Positions 27,301 to 37,083 of a DNA stretch of 64,000 nucleotides are shown in pieces. The position numbers and the translations under genes were made by a program. The DNA is from Candidatus Undivivens industriae (GTDB lineage Bacteria > Omnitrophota > Gorgyraeia > Gygaellales > Profunditerraquicolaceae), in contig JAAYZR010000009.1 in NCBI GenBank assembly GCA_012514745.1, forward strand, positions 10,045-74,044, written 5' to 3'. Position 1 is the stretch's first letter. Each line of letters opens with the position of its first letter. The notes below the pieces were generated by a model. The model had not been told where the DNA came from. It searched no databases and was given only the letters and a program-made list of their open reading frames with translations.

Positions 27301-29241
27301 ATGGATAATACAAGGGCATTGGTCAATTTCGCTATCTTAAATGCCAATAGAAGAATAGGGCAGAATTATTTAGATAGTTTAGCACCATTTGTTGAGGAGT
27401 TGTTTATAAGACGTGGTTATGAAGAAGTTAATATTGATCGTATTTGTCAGGATTTTTACAGCGAATTTCTGTTTAAAATTCCAATTTATCCAATGAAAGT
27501 AGTTTTGAAACGATTAGTTAGGGCAGGCAAAATAATTTATTGTCAGGGTGACGTCTGGAAGAAAAAAAATATTCTCGAAAAGCCGATACGCACTACCCGA
27601 AATGAATATGAAACCAAGTTTAAGAAAGTTCTGCAAGCATTTGTCGAATTCATGAAACACGATTGTAATGAGGATATTAAAGAGCAAGAGGCTAGTGATG
27701 CCCTCATAGCTTTCCTAGAGAAACAAGATGCAAATTTGCTTTTTTTCGCGAAGAAAGATCTGATATTATTCCCAGCGGTGAAATTTGAAAGAAAAAACAT
27801 CAAGTGTTTAGCTGCCTTTTTGCAGAAAGAATCTATCGCCAATACCGAAGTTTTTCAATACGTCGTTGAGATAGCCTCAGGTCATATTGTAGCTTCGACT
27901 ATCATTAATGAAGAAAAGCAATTGCACGAAGAGAAAGTACAGAAGGTTAAAATATATTGCGATACAGCACATATATTGAAAGTTCTAGGATTGTCTGGTG
28001 AAATTCCACAAAGAATGGTTGAGGATCTTTTTCGCGTGTTTATTGAATCTAGAAGTCAGTTAATATTATTTAAGCATACATATGACGAGATTCTGCATAA
28101 TATTAATAATGCAAAGAAATGGTTTAATAAGCCTGATTGCGATATGACAAAAGCTTCAAGAACAACCTTGTATTTTATTGAAAATAATTTTACCGAATTA
28201 GATGTTGATAGGGTTTTAAATAGCATCGATGCTCAGATAAGTAAGTTTGGCATTCAAATTGAAGATACTTCTTATGAGCGAGATGCAGATGAAGGGCAGG
28301 TTAATGAAAACGAGTTAAGAGATCGTATTATAAAAGAATATAGAGCAAGTAATATAGATTTTGACGAGACTATAAACAAATTTTTATTAGATAATGATAT
28401 CCGTTCTATTGTTATGGTATACAGAAAAGTGCGCCGAGCATTTCCCCAGCGGTTTAAAGATTTAAAAATTGTATTTATGTGCTCAAATAGTTCTCTTGCT
28501 AAAGCATGCAGGAAATATCATTTAGAAATCGAAGAGCCTGGGAGAGGGAATTTTATCCCAATCTGCGTTACTGACATTTTTCTAGGAACATATATGTGGC
28601 TTCAATCGCCGCAAGAAATTAATAAATTAGCCAAAAGTAAAATCATTGCTGAGGTTTACGCTGTACTACAACCTACGGATTCAATGATCAGAAAATATTT
28701 ATCCGAACTGCAGAAATATTATAAAAGTAAAGAAATAACTGAGGACGAATACCTGCTTTTGCGAGCATCTTCCGTTATATCCGAGTTATTACCAGAAACT
28801 GCTGATACGGTAGAACAGATCACAGATAAAACACCAATGGATGTTTTGGAAAAGATAAAAAGTCAATCGCGAGAAGAGGGATTAAGGAAATACTATGAAG
28901 AAAAAGAAGAGCATAGAAAAGCAAGGGAAGAACTTGAAAGAGAACGGGAAGACAGAATAAACCGTAAATTAACAAAGAAAAAGGGACTCGAAGATTTTAT
29001 TTCTCCCGTTTTTGATTTGATGATTTTACTGATCATTTTTCTCATTATATTCTCGGCAACGTTTCTTTTTAATTTCAATAATTTTGGTTTAAAAATTATC
29101 GCGGCAATGTTTTTAGGATTTATTGGTTCAGGAAGTTTTTGGGGACTAGCGAGAGGGCATATTTTTTATGAACAACGAAAGAAAAAACTTATTATTCCTT
29201 TCATTGACTGGCTATTTAATAAAATCTGGAACGATTTATAA
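27301..29241 (+). CDS. Large orphan protein (646 aa), cytoplasmic N-terminal region and two C-terminal TM helices; no recognisable catalytic motif.
   Basis: Good RBS AAGGAGG 8 nt upstream. Very AT-rich. C-terminal hydrophobic helices (ILLIIFLIIFSATFLF, IIAAMFLGFIGSGSFWGL). Coiled-coil/charged segment EEKEEHRKAREELEREREDR. Confidence 0.6.
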   Translation: MDNTRALVNFAILNANRRIGQNYLDSLAPFVEELFIRRGYEEVNIDRICQDFYSEFLFKIPIYPMKVVLKRLVRAGKIIYCQGDVWKKKNILEKPIRTTRNEYETKFKKVLQAFVEFMKHDCNEDIKEQEASDALIAFLEKQDANLLFFAKKDLILFPAVKFERKNIKCLAAFLQKESIANTEVFQYVVEIASGHIVASTIINEEKQLHEEKVQKVKIYCDTAHILKVLGLSGEIPQRMVEDLFRVFIESRSQLILFKHTYDEILHNINNAKKWFNKPDCDMTKASRTTLYFIENNFTELDVDRVLNSIDAQISKFGIQIEDTSYERDADEGQVNENELRDRIIKEYRASNIDFDETINKFLLDNDIRSIVMVYRKVRRAFPQRFKDLKIVFMCSNSSLAKACRKYHLEIEEPGRGNFIPICVTDIFLGTYMWLQSPQEINKLAKSKIIAEVYAVLQPTDSMIRKYLSELQKYYKSKEITEDEYLLLRASSVISELLPETADTVEQITDKTPMDVLEKIKSQSREEGLRKYYEEKEEHRKAREELEREREDRINRKLTKKKGLEDFISPVFDLMILLIIFLIIFSATFLFNFNNFGLKIIAAMFLGFIGSGSFWGLARGHIFYEQRKKKLIIPFIDWLFNKIWNDL

Positions 29242-29303
29242 TCAGTTATAAATAGATCCTTTCAAATTTACGAAGGCAATAAGGTTATACGAGAGAGTGC
29301 TAT

Positions 29304-29672
29304 ATGAATAACGATGAAGAGCAGTTACGGCTTCAGGAATTTGTTAACATATTACATCAGGCAGATAAAAGATACCTGGGAGAATTGTTGGGTAAGAAAG
29401 CTGACAGAAGCTCAGAATTAGATGATCAGATAGAAAAAACTGATAGGAAAATCATCCAGAGAAAAATTATCCGATCATCAAAGAATTATAACTTAACGCA
29501 AGTAGCGCATTTACTGAAAGTTCATAGGCAAACGTTATACTACTGGATTAAGAGAGGTTGGCTTAATCCGAAACGTGACAGTCGCAACTATCCCGTTTGT
29601 ACAGTTTTAGACATAGAGAACCTAATAAAATGGCGAAATTTGGTCAAAAAAGAGAGCCTTTCTACTCTATAA
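29304..29672 (+). CDS. Helix-turn-helix DNA-binding protein (excisionase/MerR-like HTH_17).
   Basis: LTQVAHLLKVHRQTLYYWIKRGWLNPKR HTH segment. Confidence 0.5.
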   Translation: MNNDEEQLRLQEFVNILHQADKRYLGELLGKKADRSSELDDQIEKTDRKIIQRKIIRSSKNYNLTQVAHLLKVHRQTLYYWIKRGWLNPKRDSRNYPVCTVLDIENLIKWRNLVKKESLSTL

Positions 29673-29724
29673 CGTTCGGTTATACACTTTTAGACACGAA
29701 AGTGCAAAGTCATAACTTATTGAT

Positions 29725-30987
29725 ATGAAAGAAGATAGAAACCGAGTGTACATACGCACGTTCGGATGCCAAATGAACGTCCGCGATTCTGAAGTGATCG
29801 CCGGTATTCTCATGCAGGTGGGGTTTGAGTTGGTTGGTTCGGAGGATGAAGCCGATGTGGTGGTCTTCAATACCTGCGCGGTGAGGGAGCACGCTGAGGA
29901 GAAGGTTTGGTCGGAGATCGGGAGAGTATGTAAAGCAAGAAGGAATAAAGAGAGAGCGGCGCGGGGACTGGCCGGAAACGCGCGAGAGTTAAGAAAAGGC
30001 GTCCCGGGCCCGATAGGCCGAAAACCTGTAATCGGGCTCGTGGGGTGCATGGGGAGGAATTACGGGGCGGGAGCGTTTGAGCGTTCACCGTTCGTGGATT
30101 TTGTGGCCGGGCCGCAGGATATCTCTAAGATCCCGGAGATACTGAAAAGGATATTTCACAGCCGGCCATCCGCGCTATATGGTAAAGGCGAAGACGAGGC
30201 CAACCTTTTCGAACGTAAGATCTGGGAAATCGACGGGGATGTCAGGCCGGAGCAGATATATCATAGCGGGTTCCGTTCGGGCAAGACGCAGGCTTATATC
30301 GTGATCTCTGAGGGATGTTCGAATCATTGTTCTTATTGTATCGTTCCTTACGTGCGGGGCCCGTTGCGGCACCGCAGGCGTGAGGATATATTGCGCGAGG
30401 TGCGGGACGCGGTTTCGCGGGGATTGAGCGAGATATTTCTGTTGGGGCAGAATGTGAATTCCTACCGTTCAGGTGATAAAGGGGACTTCGTGGATCTGCT
30501 GGAGGATGCGCACGCGATAGAAGGGGTCAAGGAGATAACTTTTACTTCTTCTCATCCCAGGGACAGCGGCATCCGACTTTTTAAGGCCGTCGGCGGCCTG
30601 GAGCGCGTGAAAAAATGGCTGCACCTGCCGTTCCAGTCCGGTTCGGACCGTGTGCTGAAGGCGATGAACCGCGGGTATAATAGCAAATATTATTTGGAAT
30701 TAGCGCGCGAATATCGTAGAATAGTGCCGGGCGGGGAATTGAGCACGGACGTGATCGTGGGGTTCCCCGGAGAAACGGAGGAGGACTTCCAGGCCACCTG
30801 CCGGATACTGGAAGAGGTGCGTTTCAATAAGGCGTATATCTTTAAATACTCGCCGAGGCCGCACAGCAGAGCCGCGGACATGGAAGACGATGTGCCGCGC
30901 CGGGAAAAGGAGCGGCGCCATAAACTGGCCCTCGACCTGCAGAAACGCATATCGCTGTCCGGCAAACAGTGGAGAAAGGCGAAATGA
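29725..30987 (+). CDS. miaB: tRNA-2-methylthio-N6-dimethylallyladenosine synthase (methylthiotransferase).
   Basis: MTTase N-domain YIRTFGCQMN, radical-SAM CSNHCSYC, C-terminal TRAM domain. Confidence 0.85.
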   Translation: MKEDRNRVYIRTFGCQMNVRDSEVIAGILMQVGFELVGSEDEADVVVFNTCAVREHAEEKVWSEIGRVCKARRNKERAARGLAGNARELRKGVPGPIGRKPVIGLVGCMGRNYGAGAFERSPFVDFVAGPQDISKIPEILKRIFHSRPSALYGKGEDEANLFERKIWEIDGDVRPEQIYHSGFRSGKTQAYIVISEGCSNHCSYCIVPYVRGPLRHRRREDILREVRDAVSRGLSEIFLLGQNVNSYRSGDKGDFVDLLEDAHAIEGVKEITFTSSHPRDSGIRLFKAVGGLERVKKWLHLPFQSGSDRVLKAMNRGYNSKYYLELAREYRRIVPGGELSTDVIVGFPGETEEDFQATCRILEEVRFNKAYIFKYSPRPHSRAADMEDDVPRREKERRHKLALDLQKRISLSGKQWRKAK

Positions 30988-31814
30988 ATGATCGATACCG
31001 CCTGAAACATACCGGTAAAATCTACGGCCGCGCGCCGTTCTTATTCGCGGCGGCCGCTCTTTCGGCTGTCGTTTTACTGTTTGCCATCCGGCTGATCCCG
31101 GCTGCCTGCGGAATGAACCTGGATAAGCCCAAGTTTTATTTTCTTAAAGGGGATTACAAGAAGGCGATAAAAGAAGGCGAGAGGATGCTGGCCCAGGCCG
31201 GCAAGGATTCCCGCGGCCTCAATGAATTATACTATATCCTGGGAGTCAGTTATATGAAGGACGGTAATCTTCTGCGGGCCTCGGATATCTTCGAGATCAT
31301 ACTGCGCGAGTCGCGAAGTTCGGAATTCAGGACTGAAGCGGAGATCGGCCTGGCGGACACATACTTTCTGCGCGGGGATTACGCTACGGCGGAGAAGCAT
31401 TATAAAGAGATGGAGGAGCGAAGGGCATACGCCCGTTTCGCGGACGGTATCTATTACCGTCTGAAGCGCTGCGCCGAGAAGAAAGGCGACAACGCGGCGG
31501 CCGCCGCTTACGCCGCGAAAATAAGCGGGAATTTTCCGCCTCCGGCTGAAGATAACGGACTGGATGTGCTGCGCAATCCCGGGTTTTTTTACACCGTGCA
31601 GGCCGGTTCTTTTTCCCGTCAGGCCAACGCAAACGGCTTGAAAGAGGAACTTTTCAGGAAGGGTTACGACGCTTATGTGGAGAAATACCAGAAACCGGGC
31701 GGCGGAAACATCCTTTTCAGGGTAAAGGTCGGTAGGTTCAACGACCGCGGCCAAGCCGAGGAATCCGCGAAGAAGCTCTCCAAAGAAGGTTATCCCATCC
31801 GCATCTGTCCTTGA
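30969..31814 (+). CDS. TPR-repeat protein with C-terminal SPOR (peptidoglycan-binding) domain.
   Basis: N-terminal TM helix, TPR-like helices. C-terminal FYTVQAGSFSRQANANGLKEEL...FRVKVGRFNDRGQAEESAKKL is SPOR-like. Confidence 0.65.
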   Translation: MEKGEMNDRYRLKHTGKIYGRAPFLFAAAALSAVVLLFAIRLIPAACGMNLDKPKFYFLKGDYKKAIKEGERMLAQAGKDSRGLNELYYILGVSYMKDGNLLRASDIFEIILRESRSSEFRTEAEIGLADTYFLRGDYATAEKHYKEMEERRAYARFADGIYYRLKRCAEKKGDNAAAAAYAAKISGNFPPPAEDNGLDVLRNPGFFYTVQAGSFSRQANANGLKEELFRKGYDAYVEKYQKPGGGNILFRVKVGRFNDRGQAEESAKKLSKEGYPIRICP

Positions 31815-31821
31815 AGCCATA

Positions 31822-32742
31822 ATGAATAAAAAGATAATTTTTATCACCGGTCCCACAGCCTCCGGTAAATCTTCAACCGCCATGATCCTGGCCGAGCGCA
31901 TCGGAGCGGAGATAATTTCCTGCGACTCCATGCAGGTTTACAAAGGGATGGACATCATTACCTCCAAGCCTTCGGCTTCCGACAGGGCGCGGGTGCCGCA
32001 TCATTTGCTGGATATCGTGCCGCCCACTGAAGAATACAACGCTTTCCGTTATTATGAGGAAGCGGCCGGGAAGGTCGAAGATATCTTTATAAGGGGCAAG
32101 GTTCCGCTTTTCGTGGGAGGGACCGGGTTATACGTTTCCGCGGTCCTGAACGGGCTCTTTGCCTGCGCGCCTGAACGGAGCTTATTGCGGGAGGAGTTTT
32201 ACCGGCAGGCAGCTTCACCGGAAGGAGCGGCGGCGCTGCACGCGAGGCTGAGTGAACACGACCCGGCGGCCGGCAAGCGTATCCATCCTAACGACGTCAG
32301 GAGAATTGTCCGCGCGCTGGAGGTTTGGGATTCTACCGGGAAATCGATTTCAGACAAACAGAAAGAGCGCAAAGGGCTTTCGGAACTTTACGCGACGGAG
32401 ATATTCTGTTTGAATCCGGAGCGGGAGCAGTTGTACCGAAGGATAGAGGAGAGGGTGGACGAGATGTTCGCCTCCGGGCTGGAAAAGGAGGCGCGCGGTC
32501 TGCTGGAGATGCCGCTTTCGCGCACCGCGGCCTTTGCCATCGGTTTGAATGAATTGAAGGAATATTTCGAAGGTAGATGCGCGCTGGATGAGGCGCGGCG
32601 GCTGATGAAGTTGAATACCAGGCATTACGCCAAACGGCAGATGACCTGGTTCAGGAAGGATAAACGCGTGCGCTGGATCAACCGGCCGGCGGCGCGCCCG
32701 GAGGAGGCGGCGGAGATCATATGGAAAGAGTTATCACGGTAA
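31822..32742 (+). CDS. miaA: tRNA dimethylallyltransferase.
   Basis: GPTASGKSS P-loop and the ISCDSMQVYKGMDIITSKP signature. Confidence 0.85.
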   Translation: MNKKIIFITGPTASGKSSTAMILAERIGAEIISCDSMQVYKGMDIITSKPSASDRARVPHHLLDIVPPTEEYNAFRYYEEAAGKVEDIFIRGKVPLFVGGTGLYVSAVLNGLFACAPERSLLREEFYRQAASPEGAAALHARLSEHDPAAGKRIHPNDVRRIVRALEVWDSTGKSISDKQKERKGLSELYATEIFCLNPEREQLYRRIEERVDEMFASGLEKEARGLLEMPLSRTAAFAIGLNELKEYFEGRCALDEARRLMKLNTRHYAKRQMTWFRKDKRVRWINRPAARPEEAAEIIWKELSR

Positions 32743-33980
32743 CGGTCAGGTTCAGCCATGGAGCGGACGACGGTTGGACGGTGGAAGACAACGCCGGGGA
32801 AATGGCGGAACTTACCGCCAACACCGGCGTTGAACTGGTGGATAATATCATTTGTCTGCGTGACAAACCCACCGCGAGCCTGCTTATCGGCAGCGGCAAG
32901 GCCGAAGAGCTCGCGTTGATCTGCGCGGCGGAGAACGTGGACACGGTTATTTTCAATAAGGACTTGACCGGCACGCAGCAGCGCAATCTTGAGGATATAA
33001 TCGGTAAGCGCGTAATAGACCGCACACAGCTGATTTTGGATATTTTCGCCAGGCACGCGGCCAGCGGCGAGGGAAAAGCGCAGGTGGAATTGGCCCAGTT
33101 GGAATATATGCTGCCTCGGCTTGCCGGCAGGGGAAAACTGCTTTCCCGTCCGGGCGGCGGCATCGGCACCAGCGGCCCCGGAGAGACCAAACTGGAGACG
33201 GACCGCCGGCGCATACGCAAGCGCATAGACAGCTTGAAACGGGACCTCCGGGACCTGAACAGTCATCGTCAGCTGCTGCGCAAGAAGAGAAAAGAGAAGG
33301 AACTCCCGCTGGTGGCGCTGGTAGGCTATACCAATGCCGGAAAATCCACGCTTTTGAACGCCCTCTGCAACGCCGGGCAAAAGGTACAGAACGCGCTTTT
33401 TACCACGCTGGACCCGCTGTCGAAGTCTTTACAACTGCCGCGCGGAGAAAACGTGGTGCTCACCGATACCGTCGGGTTCCTGCACGACCTGCCGCACAAT
33501 CTTATCGAGGCATTCAAGGCCACCCTTGAGGAAACGGCGCATGCCGACCTCCTGGTGCACGTGATAGATTGCAGCCATCATTTGGCTTATGAGCACGCCC
33601 GTTCCGCGCGGCAGGTGTTGGAGCAGATCGGCGCCCGGGATATCCCGGTGGTCACGGCTTTGAATAAACTCGACCTTGTGGAGGACAAAAGCTGGTTGGC
33701 GGCGTTACAGGCGGATATGCCTAGGCCGGTCGCCATCTCCGCCAAGCTGGGGACTAACCTGGACAAGCTGCTGGCAGAGATTGAGAAGGAATTCAAGGGA
33801 AGGATGACTTGGGTGGAATTGCTGATTCCGCACAGCCTTATGCATATGCTGGACCAATTCTACCGGCACGGCAAGGTCGAGTCAGTGGAATATCTTGCGG
33901 AAGGGGTGAAGGTCAAGGGAAATCTCCCGGTAGTGGAGGCTAAGCGCATGCAGGATGCCTGTGCCGGACGGGAAAAATAA
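32721..33980 (+). CDS. hflX: GTPase HflX.
   Basis: HflX N-domain, G1 GYTNAGKST, G3 DTVGF, G4 NKLD. Confidence 0.85.
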   Translation: MERVITVTVRFSHGADDGWTVEDNAGEMAELTANTGVELVDNIICLRDKPTASLLIGSGKAEELALICAAENVDTVIFNKDLTGTQQRNLEDIIGKRVIDRTQLILDIFARHAASGEGKAQVELAQLEYMLPRLAGRGKLLSRPGGGIGTSGPGETKLETDRRRIRKRIDSLKRDLRDLNSHRQLLRKKRKEKELPLVALVGYTNAGKSTLLNALCNAGQKVQNALFTTLDPLSKSLQLPRGENVVLTDTVGFLHDLPHNLIEAFKATLEETAHADLLVHVIDCSHHLAYEHARSARQVLEQIGARDIPVVTALNKLDLVEDKSWLAALQADMPRPVAISAKLGTNLDKLLAEIEKEFKGRMTWVELLIPHSLMHMLDQFYRHGKVESVEYLAEGVKVKGNLPVVEAKRMQDACAGREK

Positions 33981-33993
33981 GGGCGGGTTTACC

Positions 33994-34056
33994 TGTTAGA
34001 TATTCTAACAAAATTTGTTAATTTATCTTGACAAGATTGTTAGAATGTGTTACTAT
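33994..34056 (+). promoter_or_regulatory. Promoter TTGACA-17-TACTAT with five TGTTA/TAACA repeats, including the perfect palindrome TGTTAGA-tat-TCTAACA. Putative operator of the MerR/HspR-like regulator.
   Basis: Palindrome at 33994-34010; -35 at 34028-34033; -10 at 34051-34056. Does not match the actinobacterial HAIR consensus. Confidence 0.45.
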
Positions 34057-34092
34057 TTTTCTAAATCCGGGTAACAGCAGGGAGGGAGCATC

Positions 34093-34368
34093 ATGCCGGT
34101 GTTTAAGGTGCGTATACGGCCGGAAGAACCAGTATATATCATCAGCGTGGTCAGCAGGCTGGTCGGTATCCCTGTCTGGACATTACGCCAGCTCGATAAA
34201 GCGGGTATTGTTTCTCCAAAACGCCAGGGAAAGAAATCCAGGTTATACTGTCAAAAGGATATAGAGCGGTTGGAATACATTCATTTTTTGATGGAAGAAA
34301 AGCGCGTTAATATCAGCGGGATCCGCATCATACTGCAGATGAATAATAAGGAAAGCAGAGCAAAATAA
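34093..34368 (+). CDS. MerR-family heat-shock regulator (HspR-like).
   Basis: MerR HTH IISVVSRLVGIPVWTLRQLDKAGIVSP; located immediately upstream of clpB as hspR typically is. Confidence 0.6.
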   Translation: MPVFKVRIRPEEPVYIISVVSRLVGIPVWTLRQLDKAGIVSPKRQGKKSRLYCQKDIERLEYIHFLMEEKRVNISGIRIILQMNNKESRAK

Positions 34369-34401
34369 GCCGAGAGAAGGGGAAAAATTTTTGTTTCTAT
34401 T

Positions 34402-34428
34402 TTAGCACTCCTATGCTATGATTGCTAA
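34402..34428 (+). promoter_or_regulatory. CIRCE-like HrcA operator upstream of clpB.
   Basis: TTAGCACTC-N9-GATTGCTAA versus consensus TTAGCACTC-N9-GAGTGCTAA (one mismatch). Confidence 0.55.
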
Positions 34429-34450
34429 AGCGCGATAAGGAGGAATAAAA

Positions 34451-37024
34451 ATGGATATAAACAAATTCACGGTTAAGTTCCAGGAGGCTTTACAATCTGC
34501 CGCCGCTTTCGCCCAGGAGCATTCGCATCAGCAGGTAGAACCTGAACATCTGCTGCTGGCCGTATTACGCCAGGATGACAGTCTGCTTTTGGAGATACTG
34601 GATAAGGCCGGGGTTCCGAGTTTTGAGGTCATCAAATCCCTGGAGAAACATTTGAAGGAACAGCCGCGCGTGAGCGGAGTTTCCAAAGATGTTTATTTTT
34701 CCCAGCGCGCGGCTGCTGCTCTCAAGGCCGCGGTAAAAGAGGCCGGGGCGTTGAAAGATGAGTTTGTCTCCGGGGAGCATTTTCTTCTGGCTTTACTGGA
34801 GCACGGAGGCTCGCAGCTTACACGTGAATTCCATTCTCTCGGTTTGACCCGGGATAAGGTATTGCAGGCGATGCGGGAGGTGCGCGGCAGCCGGCGCATC
34901 ACCGACCAGGATCCCGAGGCTTCTTTCGGGGCTTTGGAAAAATACGGGCAGGACCTTACTGCATTGGCCTCCAAGATGAAACTCGATCCGGTGATCGGCA
35001 GGGACGGCGAGATACGCAGGTTGATGCAGGTGCTTTCCCGCCGCACCAAGAACAATCCGGTGCTGATCGGGGAAGCAGGCGTGGGCAAGACCGCCATTGT
35101 GGAGGGTCTGGCCCTGCGCGTGGTCTCCGGTGACGTCCCCGAGGGGCTGAAAGACAAGCGCATCATCTCCCTGGATATGGGAAGCCTGGTAGCGGGCGCC
35201 AAGTTCAGGGGCGATTTCGAGAACAGGCTCAAGGCCTTGCTGAAAGAAGTGCGCGACAGCGACGGCCGTATCATACTTTTCATAGACGAATTACACACCA
35301 TCGTGGGCGCCGGAGCCGCCGAGGGCTCGATAGACGCCTCCAATATGCTCAAGCCGCTGCTTGCCAGGGGCCAGCTTCGTTGTATCGGGGCCACTACCCT
35401 CGAGGAATACCGCAAGTATATAGAGAAGGACAGCGCTTTGGAACGCAGGTTTCAGCCGGTTTTCGTGGGAGAGCCGACCGTAGAAGACACGATTTCCATC
35501 CTGCGCGGGCTGAAGGAAAAATACGAGATACACCACGGGGTGCGCATCAAGGATTCCGCTTTGATCGCCGCAGCTTCGCTTTCTGCGCGCTACATAACCG
35601 ACCGTCGTCTGCCCGACAAGGCCATCGATCTGGTGGATGAGGCGGCGTCGCGCCTGCGCATAGAGATAGACAGTATGCCGCAGGAGGTGGATTCGGTTCA
35701 GCGTCGCATTATGCAGATGGAGATAGAGAAACAGGCTTTGAAGAAGGAGAAAGACGCCTCCTCCACTGAACGCCTGGGAAAGCTCGAGGCGCAGCTGGAG
35801 GGATTGAAACGCGACCTCGGCGAAAAGAAGAAACAATGGGAGGAAGAGAAGCGGGTTATCCAGAGCATCCAGCAGATAAAAGAGAAGATACAGGATGCCA
35901 AGAACGAGGCTTCGGCGGCCGAGAAGGTCGGGAACCTGGACAAGGTGGCGGAGATACGCTACGGCGTGCTGATAGAGCTTGATAAAGAGATGAAAAAACG
36001 CAACCAGGAACTGGCTGCCTTGCAAAAACACAGCCTGATGCTCAAAGAAGAGGTTGGCGACGAAGATATCGCGCGGGTGGTCGGAGAATGGACCGGCATT
36101 CCAGTCTCCAACCTTATGGAGGGTGACACCGAGAAACTGTTGAAGATGGAAGAGCGCCTGAAGAGCAGGGTCATCGGCCAGGACCAGGCGATAGAGGAGA
36201 TATCGGCTTGCGTGCGCCGCGCCCGTTCCGGACTGGGCGACGAAAAGCGTCCGCTGGGGTCGTTCATCTTTCTGGGGCCGACCGGAGTGGGAAAGACCAA
36301 GCTGGCCAAGACGCTGGCCTGGTTTCTTTTCGACGACGAGGACGCGCTGGTGCGCATAGATATGTCCGAATATATGGAGAAGTTCAGCGTCTCGAGGCTG
36401 ATCGGCGCGCCGCCGGGATACGTGGGCTATGAGGAAGGCGGACAGTTGAGCGAAAAGGTGCGGCGCAGACCGTATTCGGTCATACTGCTGGATGAGATAG
36501 AGAAGGCGCATCCCGACGTCTTTAACGTGCTGCTGCAGATACTGGACGACGGCCGCCTTACCGACGGCCAGGGGCGCACCGTGAATTTTAAGAACACGGT
36601 GATCATAATGACCTCCAATATCGGGCAGGATATACTGCAGAGCGGGGCTCCGAAGGAGCGCCTGATGGCGGAAGTGAAGAAGATATTCAAACCGGAGTTC
36701 ATCAACCGTCTGGATGACATAATCATCTTTAACCCGCTGGACAAGGCGGAGATCGCGCGCATCCTGGATCTGGAGACGGCTCCGCTGAAAGAAAAGCTGG
36801 AGGCCAGAAAAGTTACATTGGAGCTGACGCAAAAGGCCCGCGATTTTCTGCTGGAAAAAGGCTTCGATTCCCAGTACGGGGCGCGCCCGTTGAAACGCAC
36901 CGTCCAGCATTATCTGCAGGACCCGCTGGCGATAATGCTTTTGCAAGGAAAGCTCGCGCAGGGCGATAAGGTCAAAGCTGATCATCCCGCTAATAGCGAC
37001 GGCATTTCGTTGACAAAGCGGTAA
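34451..37024 (+). CDS. clpB: ATP-dependent chaperone ClpB.
   Basis: Two AAA+ modules ([17 protein letters not shown]), long middle coiled-coil, Clp N-domain. Confidence 0.95.
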   Translation: MDINKFTVKFQEALQSAAAFAQEHSHQQVEPEHLLLAVLRQDDSLLLEILDKAGVPSFEVIKSLEKHLKEQPRVSGVSKDVYFSQRAAAALKAAVKEAGALKDEFVSGEHFLLALLEHGGSQLTREFHSLGLTRDKVLQAMREVRGSRRITDQDPEASFGALEKYGQDLTALASKMKLDPVIGRDGEIRRLMQVLSRRTKNNPVLIGEAGVGKTAIVEGLALRVVSGDVPEGLKDKRIISLDMGSLVAGAKFRGDFENRLKALLKEVRDSDGRIILFIDELHTIVGAGAAEGSIDASNMLKPLLARGQLRCIGATTLEEYRKYIEKDSALERRFQPVFVGEPTVEDTISILRGLKEKYEIHHGVRIKDSALIAAASLSARYITDRRLPDKAIDLVDEAASRLRIEIDSMPQEVDSVQRRIMQMEIEKQALKKEKDASSTERLGKLEAQLEGLKRDLGEKKKQWEEEKRVIQSIQQIKEKIQDAKNEASAAEKVGNLDKVAEIRYGVLIELDKEMKKRNQELAALQKHSLMLKEEVGDEDIARVVGEWTGIPVSNLMEGDTEKLLKMEERLKSRVIGQDQAIEEISACVRRARSGLGDEKRPLGSFIFLGPTGVGKTKLAKTLAWFLFDDEDALVRIDMSEYMEKFSVSRLIGAPPGYVGYEEGGQLSEKVRRRPYSVILLDEIEKAHPDVFNVLLQILDDGRLTDGQGRTVNFKNTVIIMTSNIGQDILQSGAPKERLMAEVKKIFKPEFINRLDDIIIFNPLDKAEIARILDLETAPLKEKLEARKVTLELTQKARDFLLEKGFDSQYGARPLKRTVQHYLQDPLAIMLLQGKLAQGDKVKADHPANSDGISLTKR

Positions 37025-37083
37025 GCTGTGTTAAAATTAAAGTTCCCGCGAAAGAGTTTCCTGCGAAAAAGGGAGAGAATATC

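Noticed and set aside
33994-34056. Canonical HspR HAIR element (CTTGAGT-N7-ACTCAAG)
   Set aside because: Not present. The palindrome found is TGTTAGA-tat-TCTAACA, so it is described as a lineage-specific MerR-type operator instead.
35291-36985. 564-aa minus-strand ORF
   Set aside because: Antisense shadow of clpB, whose + strand product has unmistakable AAA+ motifs.
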